This document shows positions 51,043-63,839 of a stretch of DNA of 64,000 nt, piece by piece. A program made the translations under genes and the position numbers. The notes beneath the pieces were generated by a model. That model worked only from the letters and a program-made list of their open reading frames with translations. It was not told the origin of the DNA and did no database searches. Source of the stretch: Octopus sinensis (lineage: Eukaryota); NCBI RefSeq assembly GCF_006345805.1, contig NC_042997.1, positions 59,582,001-59,646,000 on the forward strand, given 5' to 3'. The first letter of the stretch is position 1, and each line of letters opens with the position of its first letter.

Positions 51043-51112
51043 AAGCTTTTCCAGGTTTTTTTGATACAGAGTCCATGTCTTGCAAGCATACAGTCTAGTA
51101 TATATATAATAT

Positions 51113-51167
<55 letters not shown>

Positions 51168-51179
51168 GTACTTACATAT

Positions 51180-51610
51180 AAGAAACCAAAGTGTATGTAA
51201 GCCGCTATATGTATATAAAAAGGAATACAAAAAATGGGAAAAGAACACAGTGCAACATCTATATTCCTCCCCATGCCTGTCATCTCTTATGTCCCTGCCG
51301 TAAGGCTTCACTTTCACACTTTTGTCCTTAGTCGAAAGACACCTGTTATTTGCATTTGTACACCATTTCTCTGGGTTTTTTTTGTATCCTTGTTTTTACA
51401 TACATTTGCTGCTTTTTTCCAAGGAATCTAATGCTCTTAGCTTAGTTTTTCCTTGGGGCTGACCAGATTGGAGCAATCTTGAGTATAACCAGCCAAAATT
51501 GCAAAGATAATCAGGAACTTGACTGAGGAAAGAAAACTTCGAACGACCTGTCTATGTTTTTTCTTGTCTGTCTTTGTATCTGCCAGGATGTTTTGTGTTC
51601 TTGTCCCATT
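51180..51610. mobile_element. Second copy of the 14.5-kb Penelope-like repeat, permuted
   Basis: Shares ~170 bp with 14490-14680 and gtgcaacatc.atattcctccc with 15021-15043. Confidence 0.55.
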
Positions 51611-51961
51611 ATATATATATTCCGAATTCCTTTTGCCAAGTCTGTCCGTAAACGAAGTGATCCCAAGATAAGAAATCTTTGAACTTTAATTCATCCGTAT
51701 CTCTATTTATTATTATTATTTATTAATTATTATTATTCTGATCCCCCTAGTCGCCACTCTGTTTACTATTTCAGCCTCGCCTCGTTTTTGCATATTCTGT
51801 ATAATTCACTAGTTATCGTTATAGATATTTAAGATCTATCTCCCTTACAGGGCTGATTAGAAATTGGCTGCCGATTCTTCGCGGCGCGCCCGCCCTACCC
51901 ACCCCCACCACCAATACCGGATATCTCTATTTTGCTCCAACTATACTGGATGTCGTTTCTC

Positions 51962-52441
51962 CCACCACCATTATAGGTGTCTACTCTTTGAACCCCCCTC
52001 TTCAATACGCTATTTCACCATGCATTACCCCTCTCTCGATATCCTACATTCTACTTGCCTAGAACCTGTCCTCTGAACCACCCCTCCCACTGGTGCTCCC
52101 CTATATTTCTGCACCCCCCCACCACCACCATTATAGGTGTCTACTCTTTGAACCCCCCTCTTCAATACGCTATTTCACCATGCATTACCCCTCTCTCGAT
52201 ATCCTACGTTCTACTTCTTGCCTAGAACCTGTCCTCTGAACCACCCCTCCCACTGGTGCTCCCCTATATTTCTGCACCCCCCCACCACCATTATAGGTGT
52301 CTACTCTTTGAACCCCCCTCTTCAATACGCTATTTCACCATGCATTACCCCTCTCTCGATATCCTACGTTCTACTTGCCTAGTACCTGTCCTCTGAACCA
52401 CCCCTCCCACTGGTGCTCCCCTATATTTCTGCACCCCCCCC
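51962..52441 (+). repeat. 3 x 160-bp near-perfect tandem repeat, C-rich
   Basis: Anchor ttataggtgtctactctttgaacc at 51971, 52131 and 52291. Confidence 0.95.
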
Positions 52442-52699
52442 ATAAAAATAGCACCATCCGAACGTGGCCGATGCCAGACCCCTCTGGCACCTGTGCAGGT
52501 GGCACGTAAAAAACACCCACTACACTCGCGGAGTGGTTGGCGTTAGGAAGGGCATCCAGCTGTAGAAACACTGCCAGACTAGACTGGAGCCTGGGGCAGT
52601 CCCGAGCTCCCCAGACCCCGGTCGAAACCGTCCAACCCGTGCTAGCGCGGAAAACGGACGTTAAACGATGATGATGATGATGATGATGATGTATGTTGT

Positions 52700-53945
52700 C
52701 GGCACCACTCACGTCCAAGTTTGGTTCATCAGGTGCCTCCATGATGCCTAGTCTTGATGTAACTCAGAAGGCCAAGGCGGGAATGGAACAGTCTTGGTCA
52801 TTGATTGCCTGGCAGCATGAGGTAGTCTGGACAGCAGTTGCCAGGCACTGTGTTGTGCCTTCTTTTTGCTTCTTCAGTCTTTTTCCTCTCCTCAAAAGTT
52901 GACCAGCCAAAATGAATTGCTCTTCACCAGGATGGACTGTTGGCTGTTTGTTTTCCAGGTGTTAGAGTTGATTCCAGCTTGAAGGGGGAAGACTTCAGCT
53001 GGTCTTTGAATTTGCATTTTGGAGCTCTTCAATGTCATTTACTGTTGACAAGCTTGCTGTAGAGGATGGTCCACAGAAGTCTTGAAAGGGCCATTCAGAT
53101 GACATACCCTGACCACCTGAGGTGAAGCTTGAGGACGGTAGCTTCAATGATTGTCACTTCTGAGCAATTGAGTACATTGTTGTTAGTGCATTGGTCTTGC
53201 TATTTGATGTTGAGGATCTGCAGAAGCTTAGGTTTTGAGAAATGCTCAAGCTTTTCCAGGTCTTTTTTATACAGAGTCCATGTCTTGCAAGCATAGAGGA
53301 AGGTGGAGATGACAATGGTGTGGATCTCCATAAGTTTTGTTCAGAGGGAGAGTCTGTAGTTGTTGAATATGTGCTTGCTGGAGTCTTCTAAAAGCTCAAT
53401 GCGTGGATTTGATGCAGTGGTTGATGTCTCTTTTGTATGTCCTGGATTGTGAGAGAGTGCTGCCAAGGTATTGAAAGTTGTTGACAACTTCCAGAGGTGT
53501 GTACCCTATGTTGATGGTAACTTCTGGCATTCCTTGTCCAAGAACAGACTGCACAAGTAGTTTCACTTTGTCCACATTCACTTCCATTCCAAAGTGATAG
53601 TAGGCTTCAACTGCTGGTTGGCAACAGAGGAGGTCAGGGTGGCATTGTTATTATGTACTGGAACTCCCAGTTGCTGGTATTTGATATTTGAGTTTTGGAT
53701 CTCAGCCATGCAAAGTTGAAGAGTCTGCTGTCTAGACAATAATAGATGTGAATACCAGGAGGGTCATGTGGGATCTCGTAGAGCATTGCCATCAAATAGA
53801 TGGAGAACAGAGTTGGAGCCAGGAGACAGCCTTGTTTCAGGTCTCTGAAGATGGGGAATGCTTGAGAGTGTATTCTGTGTGCAAACATGTCCTACCATGC
53901 CGTCATGGAGTGCAGCAATGATCAGGGCAACCGAAGCGATGGAGT
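52700..53945 (-). mobile_element. Old RTE-BovB-like LINE (RT to C-terminus), heavily decayed
   Basis: KQGCLLAPTLFSIYL; LEVVNNFQYLGSTLS; YACKTWTLY; LHLRWSG; RAPKCKFKDQLK. Confidence 0.85.
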
Positions 53946-54049
53946 ACAGACCACATATGTATGTGTTTATGTGTACACATGTCTATATCAATCTGATGAT
54001 GATACACACCACATGTCTACCCAAGCTGGAACGAAAATAATTTCATTAA

Positions 54050-54790
54050 CTCATTTTATGAAGTGATATTCACATTTTGGCATTTCTACACAAACGTTCT
54101 TCCTAGCGCGACTTTATTTTCTCATAACTTCTAGAAAAATGGATATTTTTAAATGAAATTTTCTACAAATATGCTTCGGATGGTGTAGATTCTGATTCTA
54201 TCGGAATTTGTTGTGAAAACAATTTTTTGTCTGTGGGAAGAGGAGTTTCGGGAAATTCACACGAGTTGTAAGGAAAATTTTTCCGACGGTGGGGTGAGGA
54301 GTTTCAGAAAATTCACACAATTTTCCTCACAACTTTCAGAAAAAATGGATAGTTTTTACTGAAATTATCAGCAAATGATTCCCATAGTGTGTAAATTACG
54401 ATTATATTAGAATTTGATGTTTCCGAAATTTCAAGTTTCACTTTGTGACGTGTGTTAGTATGTATGTGTACGAGCCCACCATTTTTTCTTTTTTCTTAAT
54501 ATCAAATTCCGATGTAAACGTAATCTACATACTCTGAAAGGTGATTATATAAAAAAAAATACCCAATTTTCTGAAAGTTATGAGTAAAGAAAGCCGTCTC
54601 GTGCGAATTTTCTGAAACTTCTCACTCCACCGTCGGAAATTTTTTTTTTTTCATAAAAAAAAATTCCGATATAATCAGAATTTACACCACCTGAAGCGTA
54701 TTTGGAGAAAATTTTTGTAAAAAAAATCCATTTTCTAGAAGTTATGATGCAACAAAGTTGGGGGGGAGGGAGGGGGACACACGTACAGGA
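54050..54790. repeat. Family X multi-subunit repeat (same family as 25620-26045)
   Basis: Repeated gaattttctgaaact.ctc..cc.ccgtcggaaa units in both orientations. Confidence 0.7.
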
Positions 54791-56638
54791 ATGCCCACAA
54801 GAAAATAATGGTGGAGCTGGAGGGTGACTGTCGTCCAGTTCCTCCAATATAACCTTGTTGTCTCCTTTAATTTCCAACTAACAACAAACATTTGAAACAA
54901 TATTTTGCTTTCTGAGTTCAAGTCTTGCCAGGACCAACTGTGCATTTCTTCTTTAGGGGCGAGAAACTAAGTTGCAGTCTTATCAACTATATCCTTTCCC
55001 CTAAATTTGTTACTTTTTCCTAAATAAAATATTTTTAAAATCCTTAATTTAGTGCCTAAACACCAACAGCTTTCTATAATAATCACCGTTAATACTTTCA
55101 ACTTTGTACCAAAGCTTTGAACGTGTAAACCGATTTGATATTATTCCCCTGTCTAATAAGGTTTAGATTAGAAATTTACTAATAGCAGAGTTGTCTTTCG
55201 TACAATTATTTCAAGTTTGTAAAGAAATAGTACTTAAGTTGTTAGATGGCCGACCGGCCGTTTTTTAAAATTATTACTTTTTTTTTAATGTATATAGATT
55301 TAGTCGTTTTTTGTTAATCGGATGATGTATTAATTTACGAAAGAAAAAAACCTCGAGTAAAACATATACACACAACCTATTTACTACATGCTGAAATTAA
55401 CATATAAAAAGGTAAGTAAAAGCTATCTTGGATTCTGCTGAAGAAACCGCTTGCTTGCATATAACATTGATGTTGCTCGAAAAAATTGTGTCTTTTAGCG
55501 TTAGACAAAAAAGAAATATAAAATTAGAAGTGTTATGTAATAATAAACAAACACTCATGTCAAAACAGTTTAAATTATTTCTATAATTATTTCACATTTT
55601 CTGTTGCCGGTGGTATTTAGTATTGCAAATTTCGGTGTCCAAGAGATTAGCACACTTGTAGCACCCATTGTGCTCTGTAAATTGTCGTGCAGAAGAACAA
55701 TGCATATGAATAACATGTGTTTCTTGCAGCACTGGACTTAGAAATCCTACCATGGGCCTGGAGAAGCCACGGGAAATTACTCCAGTGTATATTCTCCCTT
55801 GAATCAGTATATGAAAAACCAGTCTTCATTGGTGCGCCAACGTCTTAATTAGGAAAGGAGCATTATTTACATACATCAATCATTGTGATGATCTCTTTTC
55901 CTTTTCTTCTTGTTATGGCAGCTTGGCGCGCTGCCTCGAATCTATTTCACTGCATTTTAACCATTCGTAGTACTGAGAAAGGCATTAATGTCATATGGTT
56001 TTACTCCTCTATCGCATGAATTTGTAACCTAAAGACATCATTGTCAATATTATTTTCCCCCCATTGTTTTTAAATTGTTTTTACGATAGTACGAAGCCCT
56101 AGATATATTACTTAGATAAGACGACGAACAGACGTATTTGAAGAAATCTGTGACATCAACATCGCTTCTTAATTCATGAACGAAATAAACAGTGATTCAA
56201 ATTGGAATTCCAGGCCTGTTCCAACGAATTGTTTTAGCTCCGGATCAACCTTAATCGAGCAAGCCTATGATCGAATACTTTCTAGCAATGACCTTCCAGT
56301 TTTGTCTGATTATGTTACAAAATACAATCTTCTTATTTTTAAGGACGTTAGAAAATGCTTTGGGAGATTTGACTGCTATTTTTTAGCAGACTGCAACCAC
56401 ATAGAAACTCCCTCATTGGTTCGTGGTTCTAACTGTGTGGATCATCCAAGAATTTAACATATGCCGCAGTTATTTTGCTAAATTGATTTTTTTTTTTCAC
56501 GCACACAATAGCTCGTTCTATGGAGGAAAATATTTTATTTTTAAATACACCAAAGTGCAGTGGGTCCAGTATAAGCATTATTCCCCGCCCCATCCAGCTC
56601 ACACATACCCTCCATATGTATGTGCGTGTGTGTATATA

Positions 56639-56682
<44 letters not shown>

Positions 56683-57723
56683 GGAGACGTTTGGATGCAC
56701 AAACTGTACGATCATTCAATACTATTTGCATGTAGCTATTGATTTCTTCCATCCCTAAGAATGTTGCAGTCACATTGGCAAGATCGTGGGTTTGATTGCG
56801 TGTTATTCTTCAGCAAAACACTCCGATTCACTCGGAGCGAATGTTGGCTCGCCTGCATACGGGGTGGCATCAATTAGGGCTACAACACGAAGAAGCGCAT
56901 TATGACCAGCGATATATGTTAAACATCCAACAGTCTACCCTATAGTGATATGTGTGTGTGTGTGTAAGAGATAGAGCAAGCAAGACCGGGGTGGGGGGAG
57001 TGTATGCATCCATGAAACTTGAGTGAATTGGAGCGTTAATCTGTTCATAAATACACAATTGCAACTAAACGAATAGAATGCTACGGATCTGTGAAAAGAT
57101 CCGAATGCTACTTTCGTTTGTTCACCTCGTGTGCGCGAGATATTTCAATGTGTTCAATGTTGCTTTACCTAAAACCAGCCGAAACATGTGATGCCAACTC
57201 GGACAAGGTACTCTGTTGTTGGACCTGTAGTTACATTTCCTTCAAATCACACAATACTATCTTAAAAATAAGAAAATAACCCATTGAATAATGCAGTCCT
57301 AGATAGCCCTGCTAGAATGCTTTCGATCAGGCATGAGCAACCTAAAAAAATTCAAGCTTAATTTTCGTTAGGCATGTTATTCAGAAAGTACCGCAGGCCG
57401 CACTAGACTGTTTTACATTAAAGCTAATTGGAATACTAATTTGTAAACACAATAGTTCCCTATCTTCGTCATGTTTTGCCACACGCCAGGATCCGCTGGC
57501 GATCTCAATCGACTTTTTCTTTCCTCTACTATGCTAAAAATTATTACCATGAGAATACTTTATTACTTTTGCTTTCACTATTTTCAACTCAAGTTTTTTA
57601 GTGCTTGGTGATTATTATTATAAGGCTAATAGACAATATTTATCAAATCTATCTTCAATTCGGTAACTACCCATTGAGACTTTTTCTTAGATCAGCTGAA
57701 GTCTTTCTCCTCTGAGTTAGCTT

Positions 57724-57772
<49 letters not shown>

Positions 57773-57849
57773 TTTAGTGAAGTAAACTGATTATAAAGGA
57801 GAACACTATTCCAATGACAAAGAAAATCGTTTTCCATTACAAACGTACA

Positions 57850-58030
57850 GAATCGCTAAATGCTAAGCGGCAAATTTTTGTTTATGTTTGGAGTTCAAAT
57901 TTCGCCGCGGTTGACTTTGCCTTTCATTCTTTCAGGGACGATAAAATAAATACCAGTTTACACTGGAGTTCGATGTAATCGACTGTTTCCCCTCCCTCCA
58001 AAATTCCCGGCCTTGTGCCTATAGAAGAAA
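57850..58030 (+). mobile_element. SINE family A, CpGs retained
   Basis: gagttcaaatttcgccgcggttgactttgcctttcattc..ttcgatgtaatcgact..ggccttgtgcctatagaagaaa. Confidence 0.85.
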
Positions 58031-58069
58031 GAATTTGTTAAACGTTAGCTTATCTATCTCTCGAGAACA

Positions 58070-58175
58070 GTTGCCATGGAAAAGTGAAGTAAAGTCACTG
58101 ATAGGAAGTGACGTTACTAGTATTGGTACTACGCCTGCGCACTGTCATACACAGCGACGTGCCTTGTAATGGCGG
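58070..58175 (+). promoter_or_regulatory. Core promoter motif cluster: RFX X-box-like, ETS-CRE composite, NRF1-like, YY1-like
   Basis: gttgccatggaaaa (58070), ggaagtgacgt (58104), acgcctgcgca (58131) and aatggcgg (58168), all within ~105 bp of CpG-retaining unique sequence. Confidence 0.65.
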
Positions 58176-58238
58176 GAAGTAGCATGTTTTCATGTAAAGT
58201 GAAGAAGTATTTCTCCTATTCATTGACAGATGCCATAG
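58169..58238 (+). CDS. Probable first exon of a plus-strand gene (MAGSSMFSCKVKKYFSYSLTDAI...)
   Basis: ATG directly after the promoter motifs; consensus donor ATAG|GTGAGT at 58238/58239. The exon may be partly or wholly 5' UTR. Confidence 0.55.
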
Positions 58239-58874
58239 GTGAGTCTTTCCTCCTGCTCACGATGGCTTCCCCATTTATTTTAGAACTAACTCTGTACAGC
58301 TGCTCAGATATTTCATTCGCGATTTTCAACCTATCGCTAAAGCTATTTGTTATTAATGCTTTTTATGTGCTCTTCATGGTGAACTTATATTTACTATTGT
58401 TTAGGTTATTTTAGATTATACTTCGTTGTTTTATTTTTGTTGACATTTTGACAATTGTGTCGCATTTCCCTCTCGAAACTTTTTTTATTAAATACGCTTT
58501 TTTATACATTTAAATATCGATAATATTTCTATCACCGGTAATTTAAGCAAATTTGTCATAGTGTTGCTTTTGGATAGAAACTGTTTTACTGAAAATCTTT
58601 TCTAAGCACACTATCACCAAATCGCAATGGTTCTATTAAAAAAAAAAGCCTCATTTTCTTTTTGCACATTTCAGTATATTACAAACATGTGGGTGTGTAG
58701 CGAGTTAAGCATCACAATATTAACTGATAGCATTCAAGTCTGTGATCTAACGTGTCCCACTCGAGATCGTGATAGAATAAGGGTATAGCATCAGACTTAT
58801 ATGTATATATGTGTGTATATATATTATATATTGTATGTGTGTGAAGAAAGAAATGAGGCGATGCGTGTGTATGT

Positions 58875-58931
<57 letters not shown>

Positions 58932-60414
58932 TTGTATTATTTTGATATCCAATTTTTAGATATTTTTGTTACTGTTTCCTCTTAATGAATCGATGCCACT
59001 TCGAGATATAAGAACAGCGAAAACCTCAATTCTACTATTACAGCGATCGAAGTGGCGCACTCTGTGCAACATACCCTTTTCTGAATACCTCCCCACAACC
59101 AAATATTGACATTAGAATGCAGCTTGGCTGGAGTAGCTATATTCTATCTCGTGGTCACTTGCTCAGACTATGCTATTCTAAATTAGATCGTTTTTCCTTG
59201 TAGACTCTGTCTGTGTGTGTGTAGTTAGTATTTTTAATACATATCTTTTCGCTTCCCTCGCTGTTTGCCCTTGGGAAAACCACAAACGTCACAATCCTGC
59301 ATTTTACCCCCACAAATGAAAACTCAAAGGCATCGCGTCTCTACAAAAAACTATTATTTATTAATTGTTATTTCGGCCCTTGATAAATTCGGATTATTTT
59401 TCGATGTTCTATGTATATATTAAACATTAACATAAAACTCAGTCTGATGTGCGACTACACAAAGGAAAGTGAAAAATGACTAATAATGGTTGTTTAGATC
59501 CGGTCAGACTTATGATCAAAAGCATTCTAGCCGTAACTATCTTGTCTATACGACATTGCCCAATGTGTTTTTTTTTCTATATTTAAGACCGCGGAGGTAT
59601 ATATAGTATGACGGTATTTTGCTATTTCTTGCAGATTTAAAGTTGTGATGTTCATCTATTTCTCAAGGGTGTTAGCGACGTTGGTAATATGAGATGGCTG
59701 TAGTCGGTGAACGAAATTCTATTGCGTATTCTTTGCTCAAGGAACCTGTCTACATATACGGAACTTACGACTAAGATGGTGATGATGATCATAATTACTG
59801 ACATGTATAAAGCTGTGAAGTTTCAAGAAAGCTTTACTATATCTATGATGCAAGCTTCAAAAGCTATTGTAGTAGTTTAAGCGAAAACCGTGACCTGTAG
59901 TTTTAATAAGAAATTCTGCTTATTTACAGTTATCGAATTCAAATAAAAGGAATATAATTTCAGTATATTAGTTATTTGAAACATAATCTAAATTAGTGTT
60001 ACGTACGACTAATTTATAACAAGCTATTATTTTGTTAAATTAGCTGTGGCTAACTTCCGATTTGAAACTCGCTCTTTTGACCATTGGTTTGCTTATTAAC
60101 TTCTGGATAATCATCTCTGTATATAATTGAAACTATAAAATTAAATTTCTCTCATGCCCCCCTCTTTGAGAGCCATTTATTAAATAATTTCCTTTAAAAG
60201 TAATTCTCAATACTTCAAAGTATATATCTATACATACATATATATATAATCATCATTGTTTAACGTCCGTTTTCCATGCTAGCATGGGTTGGACGGTTCG
60301 ACAGGGGTCTGGGAAGCCAGGAGGCTGCATGAGGTTCCAGTCTGCTCTGGCTGGCAGTGTTTCTACAGCTGGATGCCCTTCCTAACGCCAACCACTCCGT
60401 GAGTGTAGTGGATG

Positions 60415-60451
<37 letters not shown>

Positions 60452-60639
60452 CCAGATAACAGCACTTAAAAAATTGGATTGTTTTAGATTACTAAAATAC
60501 TGTAAGTGATTTCTGGTTGCTTGAAAAATCTCGATTTCCTAATACGTGGTAAGGCAAAAAAGAGAGAAAAATACATTTTACAGGTTAACAAAAATGCCTA
60601 GGTAAATGTTATAAAAATATTTTAATAACATTAAAATGA

Positions 60640-61330
60640 AGGGATACAGTTTGTTTCATTTGGTTTCGAAAATATCTTCCAAATGGTGGCCTCTATTGTG
60701 ATACTCTGTTGTTGGCTCCATCCTGTTGATGCCACATACAAGTTTCTAAGGACTGTGAGGTTTGACTCCAGAAAGTAATAGAACATTTCCATGTGTTTGG
60801 ATGTTACTGTAATCGCTTGGCCTCATCAAAAATTTGAGGTTCCAAACACCAAAATTTATTACAAATCACTTCACAGTAACTTGTTTATTGAGTAGAGCTC
60901 TTTTATGAGACATCAGGATTGTTTTCTGCTCAGTACTGAAGATTCTACTTATTGACAAAATCAGACAGATGAAACTGGGCTTCATTGCTTAAGAGGAGAA
61001 CATCTACAGGAACATTGTGAAGGATATCCTTGCAGCATATCATGCAGTTTTTCTGTCATGTTCATGTAGTTTCTGAACCACCATTATTTTGTATGGAACC
61101 TAAGATCAGTGTATAAAATTCTCTAGACAGTTTCATCATACAATCCCAAAGCAGAGGTTGGTTTATGGATTGAACATTTAGGAGATTTCAAAACTGTCTG
61201 TCTCACAGGTTGGACATTTACTGGAGTTTGAGTACTCTAAGGTCTACCAGATTTTTTTTTAGCCCTGAATCTGTAACTCTGATAGCAATATAGATTTTCA
61301 GTTTGGAACATCATTTTGATTTAACCCAAG
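60640..61330 (-). mobile_element. Tc1/mariner (DUF4817-type) transposase remnant
   Basis: SNEAQFHLSDFVNK*NLQY*AENNP resembles FSDEAHFHL.G.VNKQN.RYW..NNP. Confidence 0.65.
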
Positions 61331-61959
61331 ATGAATATGAAAAAAAATCTGTGTCACAATTACAGATTTTGCTGCTATGTCTAGCTATTTAAATGACCAC
61401 ATAAAGCCTCAAATGTTGATTCATTAATGTTTATTTTAAATGAGATTAGTGAAGTGACTTCTGAATTTGACATTTACTGAACTTATTTCTCATTATGCAC
61501 ATCAGTTATCATGGAAGGTTAAAATATGTGGTTGAATGCTTTCTCCTAAACCTATCCAATCCATGTAGGCATTAAAAAAAATAGATATAAAACTGATAGT
61601 CATTATCATTTACATCTATTTTTCCATGCTTGGATTTGGTCTTCTCCAGTGCAGCTTCTTGCTATTTGTGGTACCTTGTCACCTTTGCAACCTTCAGCAT
61701 TCTGATGTCAACTTCACTTCTTCCCCACAATGTTTCTTTATCACATATTCCTTCCATTAGGATCACTTGGCACTTTTTTACCAACTGTCATTAACCATAT
61801 GCATCATGTCTCCATACTAGCTCTGTCTTTTCTTTTGCACACAATAGCTGATTTCTCATATCCCCAGTTTTTATTATCAACTTATTTGTGCTGTGTTGTT
61901 CATGTACATCAGCATTATGCATCCAATATCCATATCCATGTTTCACTACCATGTACTAG

Positions 61960-62480
61960 GTGTCACTGCATGGTAAGAAGTTGGCTTCTCAACCACATGA
62001 TTCTGGGTTCAGTCCCACTGCATGGAATCTTGGGCAAGTGTTTCTACGATAGTCTCGGGCTGACCAAAGCCTTGTGAGTGGATTTCGTAGACAGAAACTC
62101 AAAGAAGCCCATCGAGTGGCTATGTGGTAAGTAGCTTGCTAACCAACCACATGGTTCCGGGTTCAGTTCCACTGCGTGGCATCTTGGGCAAGTGTCTTCT
62201 GCTATAGCCCCAGGCCGACCAATGCCTTGTGAGTGGATTTGGTAGACGGAAACTGAAAGAAGCCTGTCGTATATATGTATATATATGTATGTGTTTGTCC
62301 CCCTAGCATTGCTTGACAACTGATGCTGGTGTGTTTATGTCCCCGTCACTTAGCGGTTCGGCAAAAGAGACCGATAGAATAAGTACTGGGCTTACAAAGA
62401 ATAAGTCCCGGGGTCGATTTGCTCGACTAAAGGCGGTGCTCCAGCATGGCCGCAGTCAAATGACTGAAACAAGTAAAAGA
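61960..62480 (+). mobile_element. SINE family B: partial head copy followed by a full-length copy
   Basis: The head appears at ~61965 and again at 62113; intact tail ggccgcagtcaaatgactgaaacaagtaaaagag. Confidence 0.9.
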
Positions 62481-62715
62481 GTATATATATATATATATAT
62501 GTGTGTGTGTATATATATATATACTTTATCATTATTAAAGGTGCAAGAATATCACCAAAAACTGCTATTCAGAGTTTCATGTTTCCTGTTTGTCTGTCTG
62601 ATGAATGGGAACGTGAAATAGTATTTGAGTACTATTTTTTCCCCACCTTGTTTCACATTTATGTGCTTACTTTGGTGTATATATATATAAATATATATAT
62701 ATATATTGAAGTGTA

Positions 62716-62797
62716 CAGTATTATATATCCGTTACAACCGATCTTACCAATCGGTTTCCTACAAGGGGTGATCAGCCTTAATGGATATATAATACTG
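62716..62797. mobile_element. 82-bp internally deleted derivative of the 48365-48956 foldback MITE
   Basis: cagtattatatatccgttacaaccgatcttacc ... gatcagccttaatggatatataatactg. Confidence 0.75.
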
Positions 62798-63123
62798 TAT
62801 ACTTCAATTAATGTACCTACTCTACTGACAGATATATGAGTGCATTTTTTTCCTGATTTATGGACTCCTAGGCAGCCGTGTGTGTGTGTATATCACTGTG
62901 ACCGACCAGGCTATCAGATGTTGCTACACATCGCTGGTCACAATGCGCTTTGCATTGTTTTAGCCTTTAAATGACGCCACCCTGCTGGCTAAGTGAGCAG
63001 GCCAAAAGAAGAAAGAGTGAGAGAAAGTTGTGAAAAAGTACAGCAGGGATCGCCGCCACCTCCTGGTCTGGGAATTGAAACCATGATCCTATAACCGCAA
63101 GTCTGCTGCCCTAACCACTGGGC

Positions 63124-63236
<113 letters not shown>

Positions 63237-63429
63237 CTTTGTGTCTGTCACCACCACTTGGCAACTGGTATTGATGTGTTTGTTCCTGTTACTTAGCAGT
63301 CCGGCAAAAGAGATTAATAGAATAAGTACCAGACTTTACACAAAAATAATTACTGGGGTCGATTTATTCAACTAAAATTCTTCAAGGCAGTGCCCCAGCA
63401 TGGCCACAGTCTAATAACTGTAAAAATAA

Positions 63430-63700
63430 AAGTTAAGTATCATAAAATCTGCTTTTTACTCAGATGAGATTCCTTTTGTTGCCAGCATAAATAATAGGTT
63501 CTTGAACTTTTTCTGCTCTGTTCTTATTTTCGTTATTTTGCTTTCAGAACATCCACTGATGCTATTAATTTCTGTTTTAAGGATCTTTCCATACATTTAA
63601 AAGAATTCATTTCAAGGACACTGTTACTGCTTATCACTACATCTACTACAAAGACCTACTGGTGCTCCCATAGTATCTCTTGCATATCCAAAGTATTGAC
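63430..63700 (-). mobile_element. RTE RT remnant
   Basis: SGCSESKITKIRTEQKKFKNLLFMLATKGIS resembles GGCSE.V..RIR.GW.KF.ELLPLL.TKGLS. Confidence 0.55.
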
Positions 63701-63839
63701 AGTAGTTAATTAACAACCTTTCTTTTCCTGATTGTCTTTTGTCTCAGAATTCATGAATTCATTAATCTAACTCTATGTCACTATTCATAATAAGTTTATG
63801 TTAAGTGATACATTTTTCATACATATGTGTGCATATATT

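Noticed and set aside
55640-56500. Unique-looking ORFs 55647-55829(-) and 56176-56457(+)
   Set aside because: No recognisable motifs or convincing splice sites; may be old transposon debris or the unlocated 5' exons, and cannot be supported.
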